Shown here in pieces: positions 13,155-25,533 of a stretch of DNA of 64,000 nt. Positions within the stretch are counted from its first letter, which is position 1; the number at the start of each line of letters is the position of its first letter. A model generated the notes under the pieces. It saw nothing but the letters and a program-made list of their open reading frames with translations. It made no database searches and was not told where the DNA came from. The DNA comes from Eledone cirrhosa (taxonomy: Eukaryota), in assembly GCA_964016885.1 (NCBI GenBank), contig OZ024743.1:270196001-270260000 (forward strand). Direction: 5' to 3'. The position numbers and the translations under genes are program-made.

Positions 13155-16100
13155 CTGAGGTGGTGTTGATGTTAGTGGTGTTGGTAGTAGTGTTTGAGGT
13201 GGTGTTGATGTTAGTGGTGTTGGTAGTAGTGTTTGACGTGGTGTTGATGTTAGTGGTGTTGGTAGTAGTGTTTGACGTGGTGTTGTTGTTAGTGGTGTTG
13301 GTAGTAGTGTCTGAGGTGGTGTTGATGTTAGTGGTGTTGGTAGTAGTGTTTGAGGTGCTGTTGATGTTAGTGGTGTTGGTAGTAGTGTTTGAGGTGGTGT
13401 TGACCTTAGTGGTGTTGGTAGTAGTGTTTGAGGTGGTGTTGACGTTAGTGGTGTTGGTAGTAGTGTTTGAGGTGGTGTTGATGTTAGTGATGTTGGTAGT
13501 AGTGTTTGAGGTGGTGTTGATGTTAGCGGTGTTGGTAGTAGTGTTTGAGGTGGTGTTGATGTTAGTGGTGTTGGTAGTAGTGTTTGAGGTGGTGTTGATG
13601 TTAGTGGTGTTGTTAGTAGTGTTTGGGGTGGTGTTGATGTTAGTGGTGTTGGCAGTAGTGTTTGAGGTGGTGTTGATGTTAGCGGTGTTGGTAGTAGTGT
13701 TTGAGGTGGTGTTGATGTTAGTGGTGTTGGTAGTAGTGTTTGAGGTGGTGTTGATGTTAGTGGTGTTGGCAGTAGTGTTTGAGGTGGTGTTGATGTTAGC
13801 GGTGTTGGTAGTAGTGTTTGAGGTGGTGTTGATGTTAGCGGTGTTGGTAGTAGTGTTTGAGGTGGTGTTGATGTTAGTGGTGTTGGTAGTAGTGTTTGAG
13901 CTGGTGTTGATGTTAGTGGTGTTGGTAGTAGTGTTTGAGGAGGTGTTGATGTTAGTGGTCTTGGTAGTAGTGTTTGAGGTGGTGGTGGTGTTAGAGGTGT
14001 TGGTAGTAGTCTTGGAGGTGGTGTTGATGTTAGTGGCGTTGGTAGTAGTGTTTGACGTGGTGTTGATGTTATTGGTGTTGGTAGTAGTGTTTGAGGTGGT
14101 GTTGATGTTAGTAGTGTTGGTAGTAGTGTTTGAGGTGGTGTTGATGTTAGTGGTGTTGGTAGTAGTGTTTGAGGTGGTGTTGATGTTAGTGGTGTTGGTA
14201 GTAGTGTTTGACGTGGTGTTGATGTTAGTGATGTTGGTAGTAGTGTTTGAGGTGTTGTTGATGTTAGTGGTGTTGGTAGTAGTGTTTGAGGTGGTGTTGA
14301 TGTTAGTGGTGTTGGTAGTAGTGTTTGAGGCGGTGTTGATGTTAGTGGTGTTGGTAGTAGTGTTTGAGGTGGTGTTGATGTTAGTGGTGTTGGTAGTAGT
14401 GTTTGAGGTGGTGTTGACCTTAGTGGTGTTGGTAGTAGTGTTTGAGGTGGTGTTGACGTTAGTGGTGTTGGTAGTAGTGTTTGAGGTGGTGTTGATGTTA
14501 GTGATGTTGGTAGTAGTGTTTGAGGTGGTGTTGATGTTAGCGGTGTTGGTAGTAGTGTTTGAGGTGGTGTTGATGCTAGAGGTGTTGGTAGTAGTGTTTG
14601 AGGTGGTGTTGATGTTAGTGGTGTTGGTAGTAGTGTTTGAGGTGGTGTTGATGTTAGTGGTGTTGGTAGTAGTGTTTGAGGTGGTGTTGATGCTAGAGGT
14701 GTTGGTAGTAGTGTTTGAGGTGGTGTTGATGTTAGTGGTGTTGGTAGTAGTGTTTGAGGTGGTGTTGATGTTAGTGGTGTTGGTAGTAGTGTTTAAGGTG
14801 GTGTTGATGTTAGAAGTGTTGGTAGTAGTGTTTGAGGTGGTGTTAACGTTAGTGGTGTTGGTAGTAGTGTTTGAGGTGGTGTTGATGTTAGTGGTGTTGG
14901 TAGTAGTGTTTGACGTGGTGTTGTTGTTAGTGGTGTTGGTAGTAGTGTCTGAGGTGGTGTTGATGTTAGTGGTGTTGGTAGTAGTGTTTGACTTGGTGTT
15001 GTTGTTAGTGGTGTTGGTAGTAGTGTCTGAGGTGGTGTTGATGTTAGTGGTGTTGATAGTAGTGATTGAGGTGGTGTTGATGTTAGTGGTGTTGGTAGTA
15101 GTGTTTGACGTGGTTTTGATGTTAGTGGTGTTGGTAGTAGTGTTTGACGTGGTGTTGTTGTTAGTGGTGTTGGTAGTAGTGTCTGAGGTGGTGTTGATGT
15201 TAGTGGTGTTGGTAGTAGTGTTTGACTTGGTGTTGTTGTTAGTGGTGTTGGTAGTAGTGTCTGAGGTGGTGTTGATGTTAGTGGTGTTGATAGTAGTGAT
15301 TGAGGTGGTGTTGATGTTAGTGGTGTTGGTAGTAGTGTTTGACGTGGTTTTGATGTTAGTGGTGTTGGTAGTAGTGTTTGACGTGGTGTTGTTGTTAGTG
15401 GTGTTGGTAGTAGTGTCTGAGGTGGTGTTGATGTTAGTGGTGTTGGTAGTAGTGTTTGAGGTGCTGTTGATGTTAGTGGTGTTGGTAGTAGTGTTTGAGG
15501 TGGTGTTGACGTTAGTGGTGTTGGTAGTAGTGTTTGAGGTGGTGTTGATGTTAGTGATGTTGGTAGTAGTGTTTGAGGTGGTGTTGATGTTAGCGGTGTT
15601 GGTAGTAGTGTTTGAGGTGGTGTTGATGTTAGTGGTGTTGGTAGTAGTGTTTGAGGTTGTGTTGATGTTAGTGGTGTTGGTAGTAGTGTTTGAGGTGGTA
15701 TTGATGTTAGTGGTGTTGGTAGTAGTGTTTGAGGTGGTGTTGATGTTAGTGGTGTTGGTAGTAGTGTTTGAGGTGGTGTTGATGTTAGTGGTGTTGGTAG
15801 TAGTGTTTGAGGTGGTGTTGATGTTAGCGGTGTTGGTAGTAGTGTTTGAGGTGGTGTTGATGTTAGCGGTGTTGGTAGTAGTGTTTGAGGTGGTGTTGAT
15901 GTAAGTGGTGTTGGTAGTAGTGTTTGATGTGGTGGTGGTGTTAGTGGTGTTGGTAGTAGTGTTTGAGGTGGTGTTGATGTTAGCGGTGTTGGTAGTAGTG
16001 TTTGTGGTGGTGTTGATGTTAGCGGTGTTGGTAGTAGTGTTTGAGGTGGTGTTGATGTTAGTGGTGTTGGTAGTAGTGTTTGAGGTGGTGTTGATGTTAG

Positions 16101-19100
16101 TGGTGTTGGTAGTAGTGTTTGAGGAGGTGTTGATGTTAGTGGTGTTGGGTGTAGTGTTTGAGGTGGTGTTGATGTTAGCGGTGTTGGTAGTAGTGTTTGA
16201 GGTGGTGTTGATGTTAGTGGTCTTGGTAGTAGTGTTTGAGGTGGTGGTGGTGTTAGAGGTGTTGGTAGTAGTCTTGGAGGTGGTGTTGATGTTAGTGGCG
16301 TTGGTAGTAGTGTTTGACGTGGTGTTGATGTTATTGGTGTTGGTAGTAGTGTTTGAGGTGGTGTTGATGTTAGTGGTGTTGGTAGTAGTGTTTGAGGTGG
16401 TGTTGATGTTAGTGGTGTTGGTAGTAGTGTTTGAGGTGGTGTTGATGTTAGTCGTGTGGGTAGTAGTGTTTGAGGTGGTGTTGATGTTAGTGGTGTTGGT
16501 AGTAGTGTTTGAGGCGGTGTTGATGTTAGTGATGTTGGTAGTAGTGTTTGAGGTGGTGTTGATGTTAGTGGTGTTGGGGGTAGTGTTTGACGTGGTGTTG
16601 ATGTTAGTGGTGTTGGTAGTAGTGTTTGAGGTGTTGTTGATGTTAGTCGTGTGGGTAGTAGTGTTTGAGGTGGTGTTGATGTTAGTGGTGTTGGTAGTAG
16701 TGTTTGACGTGGTGTTGATGTTAGTGGTGTTGGTAGTAGTGTTTGAGGTGTTGTTGATGTTAGTCGTGTGGGTAGTAGTGTTTGAGGTGGTGTTGATGTT
16801 AGTGGTGTTGGTAGTAGTGTTTGAGGCGGTGTTGATGTTAGTGATGTTGGTAGTAGTGTTTGAGGTGGTGTTGATGTTAGCGGTGTTGGTAGTAGTGTTT
16901 GAGGTGGTGTTGATGTTAGTGGTGTTGGTAGTAGTGTTTGAGGTGGTGTTGATGTTAGTGGTGTTGGTAGTAGTGTTTGAGGTGGTGTTGATGTTAGTGG
17001 TGTTGGTAGTAGTGTTTGAGGTGGTGTTGATGTTAGTGGTGTTGGGGGTAGTGTTTGAGGTGGTGTTGATGTTAGTGGTGTTGGTAGTAGTGTCTGAGGT
17101 GGTGTTGATGTTAGTGGTGTTGGTAGGAGTGTTTGAGGTGGTGTGATGTTAGTGGTGTTGGTAGTAGTGTTTGAGGTGGTGTTGATGTTAGTGGTGTTGG
17201 TAGTAGTGTTTGAGGTGGTGTTGATGTTAGTGGTGTTGGTAGTAGTGTTTGAGGTTGTGTTGACCTTAGTGGTGTTGGTAGTAGTGTTTGAGGTGGTGTT
17301 GATGTTAGTGGTGTTGGTAGTAGAGTTTGAGGTGGTGTTGATGTTAGTGGTGTTGGTAGTAGAGTTTGAGGTGGTGTTGATGTTAGTGGTGTTGGTAGTA
17401 GAGTTTGAGGAGGTGTTGATGTTAGTGGTGTTGGTAGTAGTGTTTCAGGTGGTGTTGATGTTAGTGGTGTTGGTAGTAGTGTTTGAGGTGGTGTTGATGC
17501 TAGAGGTGTTGGTAGTAGTGTTTGAGGTGGTGTTGATGTTAGTGGTGTTGGTAGTAGTGTTTGAGGTGGTGTTGATGTTAGTGGTGTTGGTAGTAGTGTT
17601 TGAGGTGGTGTTGATGTTAGAGGTGTTGGTAGTAGTGTTTGAGGTGGTGTTAACGTTAGTGGTGTTGGTAGTAGTATTTGAGGTGGTGTTGATGTTAGTG
17701 GTGTTGGTAGTAGTGTTTGACGTGGTGTTGTTGTTAGTGGTGTTGGTAGTAGTGTCTGAGGTGGTGTTGATGTTAGTGGTGTTGGTAGTAGTGTTTGAGG
17801 TGGTGTTGATGTTAGTGGTGTTGGTAGTAGTGTTTGACGTGGTGTTGTTGTTAGTGGTGTTGGTAGTAGTGTCTGAGGTGGTGTTGATGTTAGTGGTGTT
17901 GGTAGTAGTGTTTGAGGTGGTGTTGATGTTAGTGGTGTTGGTAGTAGTGTTTGACGTGGTGTTGATGTTAGTGGTGTTGGTAGTAGTGTTTGACGTGGTG
18001 TTGTTGTTAGTGGTGTTGGTAGTAGTGTCTGAGGTGGTGTTGATGTTAGTGGTGTTGGTAGTAGTGTTTGAGGTGCTGTTGATGTTAGTGGTGTTGGTAG
18101 TAGTGTTTGAGGTGGTGTTGACCTTAGTGGTGTTGGTAGTAGTGTTTGAGGTGGTGTTGACGTTAGTGGTGTTGGTAGTAGTGTTTGAGGTGGTGTTGAT
18201 GTTAGTGATGTTGGTAGTAGTGTTTGAGGTGGTGTTGATGTTAGCGGTGTTGGTAGTAGTGTTTGAGGTGGTGTTGATGTTAGTGGTGTTGGTAGTAGTG
18301 TTTGAGGTGGTGTTGATGTTAGTGGTGTTGTTAGTAGTGTTTGGGGTGGTGTTGATGTTAGTGGTGTTGGCAGTAGTGTTTGAGGTGGTGTTGATGTTAG
18401 CGGTGTTGGTAGTAGTGTTTGAGGTGGTGTTGATGTTAGTGGTGTTGGTAGTAGTGTTTGAGGTGGTGTTGATGTTAGTGGTGTTGGCAGTAGTGTTTGA
18501 GGTGGTGTTGATGTTAGCGGTGTTGGTAGTAGTGTTTGAGGTGGTGTTGATGTTAGCGGTGTTGGTAGTAGTGTTTGAGGTGGTGTTGATGTTAGTGGTG
18601 TTGGTAGTAGTGTTTGAGCTGGTGTTGATGTTAGTGGTGTTGGTAGTAGTGTTTGAGGAGGTGTTGATGTTAGTGGTCTTGGTAGTAGTGTTTGAGGTGG
18701 TGGTGGTGTTAGAGGTGTTGGTAGTAGTCTTGGAGGTGGTGTTGATGTTAGTGGCGTTGGTAGTAGTGTTTGACGTGGTGTTGATGTTATTGGTGTTGGT
18801 AGTAGTGTTTGAGGTGGTGTTGATGTTAGTAGTGTTGGTAGTAGTGTTTGAGGTGGTGTTGATGTTAGTGGTGTTGGTAGTAGTGTTTGAGGTGGTGTTG
18901 ATGTTAGTGGTGTTGGTAGTAGTGTTTGACGTGGTGTTGATGTTAGTGATGTTGGTAGTAGTGTTTGAGGTGTTGTTGATGTTAGTGGTGTTGGTAGTAG
19001 TGTTTGAGGTGGTGTTGATGTTAGTGGTGTTGGTAGTAGTGTTTGAGGCGGTGTTGATGTTAGTGGTGTTGGTAGTAGTGTTTGAGGTGGTGTTGATGTT

Positions 19101-22100
19101 AGTGGTGTTGGTAGTAGTGTTTGAGGTGGTGTTGACCTTAGTGGTGTTGGTAGTAGTGTTTGAGGTGGTGTTGACGTTAGTGGTGTTGGTAGTAGTGTTT
19201 GAGGTGGTGTTGATGTTAGTGATGTTGGTAGTAGTGTTTGAGGTGGTGTTGATGTTAGCGGTGTTGGTAGTAGTGTTTGAGGTGGTGTTGATGTTAGTGG
19301 TGTTGGTAGTAGTGTTTGAGGTGGTGTTGATGTTAGTGGTGTTGTTAGTAGTGTTTGAGGTGGTGTTGATGTTAGTGGTGTTGGTAGTAGTGTTTGAGGT
19401 GGTGTTGATGTTAGTGGTGTTGGTAGTAGTGTTTGAGGTGGTGTTGATGTTAGTGGTGTTGGTAGTAGTGTTTGAGGTGGTGTTGATGTTAGTGGTGTTG
19501 GTAGTAGTGTTTGAGGTGGTGTTGATGTTAGTGGTGATGGTAGTAGTGTTTGAGGTGGTGTTGATGTTAGCGGTGTTGGTAGTAGTGTTTGAGGTGGTGT
19601 TGATGTTAGCGGTGTTGGTAGTAGTGTTTGAGGTGGTGTTGATGTAAGTGGTGTTGGTAGTAGTGTTTGAGGTGGTGGTGGTGTTAGTGGTGTTGGTAGT
19701 AGTGTTTGAGGTGGTGTTGATGTTAGCGGTGTTGGTAGTAGTGTTTGTGGTGGTGTTGATGTTAGCGGTGTTGGTAGTAGTGTTTGAGGTGGTGTTGATG
19801 TTAGTGGTGTTGGTAGTAGTGTTTGAGGTGGTGTTGATGTTAGTGGTGTTGGTAGTAGTGTTTGAGGAGGTGTTGATGTTAGTGGTGTTGGGTGTAGTGT
19901 TTGAGGTGGTGTTGATGTTAGCGGTGTTGGTAGTAGTGTTTGAGGTGGTGTTGATGTTAGTGGTGTTGGTAGTAGTGTTTGAGGTGGTGTTGATGTTAGT
20001 GGTGTTGGTAGTAGTGTTTGAGGTGGTGTTGATGTTAGTGGTGTTGGTAGTAGTGTTTGAGGAGGTGTTGATGTTAGTGGTGTTGGGTGTAGTGTTTGAG
20101 GTGGTGTTGATGTTAGCGGTGTTGGTAGTAGTGTTTGAGGTGGTGTTGATGTTAGTGGTCTTGGTAGTAGTGTTTGAGGTGGTGGTGGTGTTAGAGGTGT
20201 TGGTAGTAGTCTTGGAGGTGGTGTTGATGTTAGTGGCGTTGGTAGTAGTGTTTGACGTGGTGTTGATGTTATTGGTGTTGGTAGTAGTGTTTGAGGTGGT
20301 GTTGATGTTAGTGGTGTTGGTAGTAGTGTTTGAGGTGGTGTTGATGTTAGTGGTGTTGGTAGTAGTGTTTGAGGTGGTGTTGATGTTAGTGGTGTTGGTA
20401 GTAGTGTTTGACGTGGTGTTGATGTTAGTGGTGTTGGTAGTAGTGTTTGACGTGGTGTTGATGTTAGTGGTGTTGGTAGTAGTGTTTGAGGCGGTGTTGA
20501 TGTTAGTGATGTTGGTAGTAGTGTTTGAGGTGGTGTTGATGTTAGCGGTGTTGGTAGTAGTGTTTGAGGTGGTGTTGATGTTAGTGGTGTTGGTAGTAGT
20601 GTTTGAGGTGGTGTTGATGTTAGTGGTGTTGGTAGTAGTGTTTGAGGTGGTGTTGATGTTAGTGGTGTTGGTAGTAGTGTTTGAGGTGGTGTTGATGTTA
20701 GTGGTGTTGGGGGTAGTGTTTGAGGTGGTGTTGATGTTAGTGGTGTTGGTAGTAGTGTCTGAGGTGGTGTTGATGTTAGTGGTGTTGGTAGTAGTGTTTG
20801 AGGTGGTGTTGATGTTAGTGGTGTTGTTAGTAGTGTTTGAGGTGGTGTTGATGTTAGTGGTGTTGGTAGTAGTGTTTGAGGTGGTGTTGATGTTAGTGGT
20901 GTTGGTAGTAGTGTTTGAGGTGGTGTTGATGTTAGTGGTGTTGGTAGTAGTGTTTGAGGTGGTGTTGATGTTAGTGGTGTTGGTAGTAGTGTTTGAGGTG
21001 GTGTTGATGTTAGTGGTGTTGGTAGTAGTGTTTGAGGTGGTGTTGATGTTAGTGGTGTTGGTAGTAGTGTTTGAGGTGGTGTTGATGTTAGCGGTGTTGG
21101 TAGTAGTGTTTGAGGTGGTGTTGATGTTAGTGGTGTTGGTAGTAGTGTTTGAGGTGGTGTTGATGTTAGTGGTGTTGGTAGTAGTGTTTGAGGTGGTGTT
21201 GATGTTAGTGGTGTTGGTAGTAGTGTTTGAGGTGGTGTTGATGTTAGTGGTGTTGGTAGTAGTGTTTGAGGTGGTGTTGATGTTAGTGGTGTTGGTAGTA
21301 GTGTTTGAGGTGGTTTTGATGTTAGTGGTGTTGGTAGTAGTGTTTGAGGTGGTGTTGATGTTAGCGGTGTTGGTAGTAGTGTTTGAGGTGGTATTGATGT
21401 TAGCGGTGTTGGTAGTAGTGTTTGAGGTGGTGTTGATGTTAGTGGTGTTGGTAGTAGTGTTTGAGGTGGTGTTGATGTTAGCGGTGTTGTTAGTAGTGTT
21501 TGAGGTGGTGTTGATGTTAGTGGTGTTGGTAGTAGTGTTTGAGGTGGTGGTGGTGTTAGTGGTGTTGGTAGTAGTGTTTGAGGTGGTGTTGATGTTAGCG
21601 GTGTTGGTAGTAGTGTTTGAGGTGGTGTTGATGTTAGTGGTGTTGGTAGTAGTGTTTGAGGTGGTGGTGGTGTTAGTTGTGTTGGTAGTAGTGTTTGAGG
21701 TGGTGTTGATGTTAGTGGTGTTGGTAGTAGTGTTTGAGGTGGTGTTGATGTTAGTGGTGTTGGTAGTAGTGTTTGAGGTGGTGTTGATGTTAGTGGTGTT
21801 GGTAGTAGTGTTTGAGGTGGTGGTGGTGTTAGTGGTGTTGGTAGTAGTGTTTGAGGTGGTGTTGATGTTAGCGGTGTTGGTAGTAGTGTTTGAGGTGGTG
21901 TTGATGTTAGTGGTGTTGGTAGTAGTGTTTGAGGTGGTGTTGATGTTAGTGGTGTTGGTAGTAGTGTTTGAGGTGGTGTTGATGTTAGTGGTGTTGGTAG
22001 TAGTGTTTGAGGTGGTGTTGATGTTAGTGGTGTTGGTAGTAGTGTTTGAGGTGGTGTTGATGTTAGTGGTGTTGGTAGTAGTGTTTGAGGTGGTGTTGAT

Positions 22101-25100
22101 GTTAGTGGTGTTGGTAGTAGTGTTTGAGGTGGTGGTGGTGTTAGTGGTGTTGGTAGTAGTGTTTGAGGTGGTGTTGATGTTAGCGGTGTTGGTAGTAGTG
22201 TTTGAGGTGGTGTTGATGTTAGTGGTGTTGGTAGTAGTGTTTGAGGTGGTGTTGATGTTAGCGGTGTTGTTAGTAGTGTTTGAGGTGGTGTTGATGTTAG
22301 TGGTGTTGGTAGTAGTGTTTGAGGTGGTGTTGATGTTAGTGGTGTTGGTAGTAGTGTTTGAGGTGGTGGTGGTGTTAGTGGTGTTGGTAGTAGTGTTTGA
22401 GGTGGTGTTGATGTTAGCGGTGTTGGTAGTAGTGTTTGAGGTGGTGTTGATGTTAGTGGTGTTGGTAGTAGTGTTTGAGGTGGTGTTGATGTTAGCGGTG
22501 TTGTTAGTAGTGTTTGAGGTGGTGTTGATGTTAGTGGTGTTGGTAGTAGTGTTTGAGGTGGTGTTGATGTTAGTGGTGTTGGTAGTAGTGTTTGAGGTGG
22601 TGTTGATGTTAGTGGTGTTGGTAGTAGTGTTTGAGGTGGTGTTGATGTTAGTGGTGTTGGTAGTAGTGTTTGAGGTGGTGTTGATGTTAGTGGTGTTGGT
22701 AGTAGTGTTTGAGGTGGTGTTGATGTTAGTGGTGTTGGTAGTAGTGTTTGAGGTGGTGTTGATGTTAGCGGTGTTGGTAGTAGTGTTTGAGGTGGTGTTG
22801 ATGTTAGCGGTGTTGGTAGTAGTGTTTGAGGTGGTGTTGATGTAAGTGGTGTTGGTAGTAGTGTTTGAGGTGGTGGTGGTGTTAGTGGTGTTGGTAGTAG
22901 TGTTTGAGGTGGTGTTGATGTTAGCGGTGTTGGTAGTAGTGTTTGTGGTGGTGTTGATGTTAGCGGTGTTGGTAGTAGTGTTTGAGGTGGTGTTGATGTT
23001 AGTGGTGTTGGTAGTAGTGTTTGAGGTGGTGTTGATGTTAGTGGTGTTGGTAGTAGTGTTTGAGGAGGTGTTGATGTTAGTGGTGTTGGGTGTAGTGTTT
23101 GAGGTGGTGTTGATGTTAGCGGTGTTGGTAGTAGTGTTTGAGGTGGTGTTGATGTTAGTGGTGTTGGTAGTAGTGTTTGAGGTGGTGTTGATGTTAGTGG
23201 TGTTGGTAGTAGTGTTTGAGGTGGTGTTGATGTTAGTGGTGTTGGTAGTAGTGTTTGAGGAGGTGTTGATGTTAGTGGTGTTGGGTGTAGTGTTTGAGGT
23301 GGTGTTGATGTTAGCGGTGTTGGTAGTAGTGTTTGAGGTGGTGTTGATGTTAGTGGTCTTGGTAGTAGTGTTTGAGGTGGTGGTGGTGTTAGAGGTGTTG
23401 GTAGTAGTCTTGGAGGTGGTGTTGATGTTAGTGGCGTTGGTAGTAGTGTTTGACGTGGTGTTGATGTTATTGGTGTTGGTAGTAGTGTTTGAGGTGGTGT
23501 TGATGTTAGTGGTGTTGGTAGTAGTGTTTGAGGTGGTGTTGATGTTAGTGGTGTTGGTAGTAGTGTTTGAGGTGGTGTTGATGTTAGTGGTGTTGGTAGT
23601 AGTGTTTGACGTGGTGTTGATGTTAGTGGTGTTGGTAGTAGTGTTTGAGGTGTTGTTGATGTTAGTCGTGTGGGTAGTAGTGTTTGAGGTGGTGTTGATG
23701 TTAGTGGTGTTGGTAGTAGTGTTTGAGGCGGTGTTGATGTTAGTGATGTTGGTAGTAGTGTTTGAGGTGGTGTTGATGTTAGCGGTGTTGGTAGTAGTGT
23801 TTGAGGTGGTGTTGATGTTAGTGGTGTTGGTAGTAGTGTTTGAGGTGGTGTTGATGTTAGTGGTGTTGGTAGTAGTGTTTGAGGTGGTGTTGATGTTAGT
23901 GGTGTTGGTAGTAGTGTTTGAGGTGGTGTTGACCTTAGTGGTGTTGGTAGTAGTGTTTGAGGTGGTGTTGATGTTAGTGGTGTTGGTAGTAGTGTTTGAG
24001 GTGGTGGTGGTGTTAGTGGTGTTGGTAGTAGTGTTTGAGGTGGTGTTGATGTTAGCGGTGTTGGTAGTAGTGTTTGTGGTGGTGTTGATGTTAGCGGTGT
24101 TGGTAGTAGTGTTTGAGGTGGTGTTGATGTTAGTGGTGTTGGTAGTAGTGTTTGAGGTGGTGTTGATGTTAGTGGTGTTGGTAGTAGTGTTTGAGGAGGT
24201 GTTGATGTTAGTGGTGTTGGGTGTAGTGTTTGAGGTGGTGTTGATGTTAGCGGTGTTGGTAGTAGTGTTTGAGGTGGTGTTGATGTTAGTGGTGTTGGTA
24301 GTAGTGTTTGAGGTGGTGTTGATGTTAGTGGTGTTGGTAGTAGTGTTTGAGGTGGTGTTGATGTTAGTGGTGTTGGTAGTAGTGTTTGAGGAGGTGTTGA
24401 TGTTAGTGGTGTTGGGTGTAGTGTTTGAGGTGGTGTTGATGTTAGCGGTGTTGGTAGTAGAGTTTGAGGTGGTGTTGATGTTAGTGGTGTTGGTAGTAGA
24501 GTTTGAGGTGGTGTTGATGTTAGTGGTGTTGGTAGTAGTGTTTCAGGTGGTGTTGATGTTAGTGGTGTTGGTAGTAGTGTTTGAGGTGGTGTTGATGTTA
24601 GTGGTGTTGGTAGTAGTGTTTGAGGAGGTGTTGATGTTAGTGGTGTTGGGTGTAGTGTTTGAGGTGGTGTTGATGTTAGCGGTGTTGGTAGTAGTGTTTG
24701 AGGTGGTGTTGATGTTAGTGGTGTTGGTAGTAGTGTTTGAGGTGGTGTTGATGTTAGTGGTGTTGGTAGTAGTGTTTGAGGTGGTGTTGATGTTAGTGGT
24801 GTTGGTAGTAGTGTTTGAGGAGGTGTTGATGTTAGTGGTGTTGGGTGTAGTGTTTGAGGTGGTGTTGATGTTAGCGGTGTTGGTAGTAGTGTTTGAGGTG
24901 GTGTTGATGTTAGTGGTCTTGGTAGTAGTGTTTGAGGTGGTGGTGGTGTTAGAGGTGTTGGTAGTAGTCTTGGAGGTGGTGTTGATGTTAGTGGCGTTGG
25001 TAGTAGTGTTTGACGTGGTGTTGATGTTATTGGTGTTGGTAGTAGTGTTTGAGGTGGTGTTGATGTTAGTGGTGTTGGTAGTAGTGTTTGAGGTGGTGTT

Positions 25101-25533
25101 GATGTTAGTGGTGTTGGTAGTAGTGTTTGAGGTGGTGTTGATGTTAGTGGTGTTGGTAGTAGTGTTTGACGTGGTGTTGATGTTAGTGGTGTTGGTAGTA
25201 GTGTTTGAGGTGTTGTTGATGTTAGTCGTGTGGGTAGTAGTGTTTGAGGTGGTGTTGATGTTAGTGGTGTTGGTAGTAGTGTTTGAGGCGGTGTTGATGT
25301 TAGTGATGTTGGTAGTAGTGTTTGAGGTGGTGTTGATGTTAGCGGTGTTGGTAGTAGTGTTTGAGGTGGTGTTGATGTTAGTGGTGTTGGTAGTAGTGTT
25401 TGAGGTGGTGTTGATGTTAGTGGTGTTGGTAGTAGTCTTTGAGGTGGTGTTGATGTTAGTGGTGTTGGGGGTAGTGTTTGAGGTGGTGTTGATGTTAGTG
25501 GTGTTGGTAGTAGTGTCTGAGGTGGTGTTGATG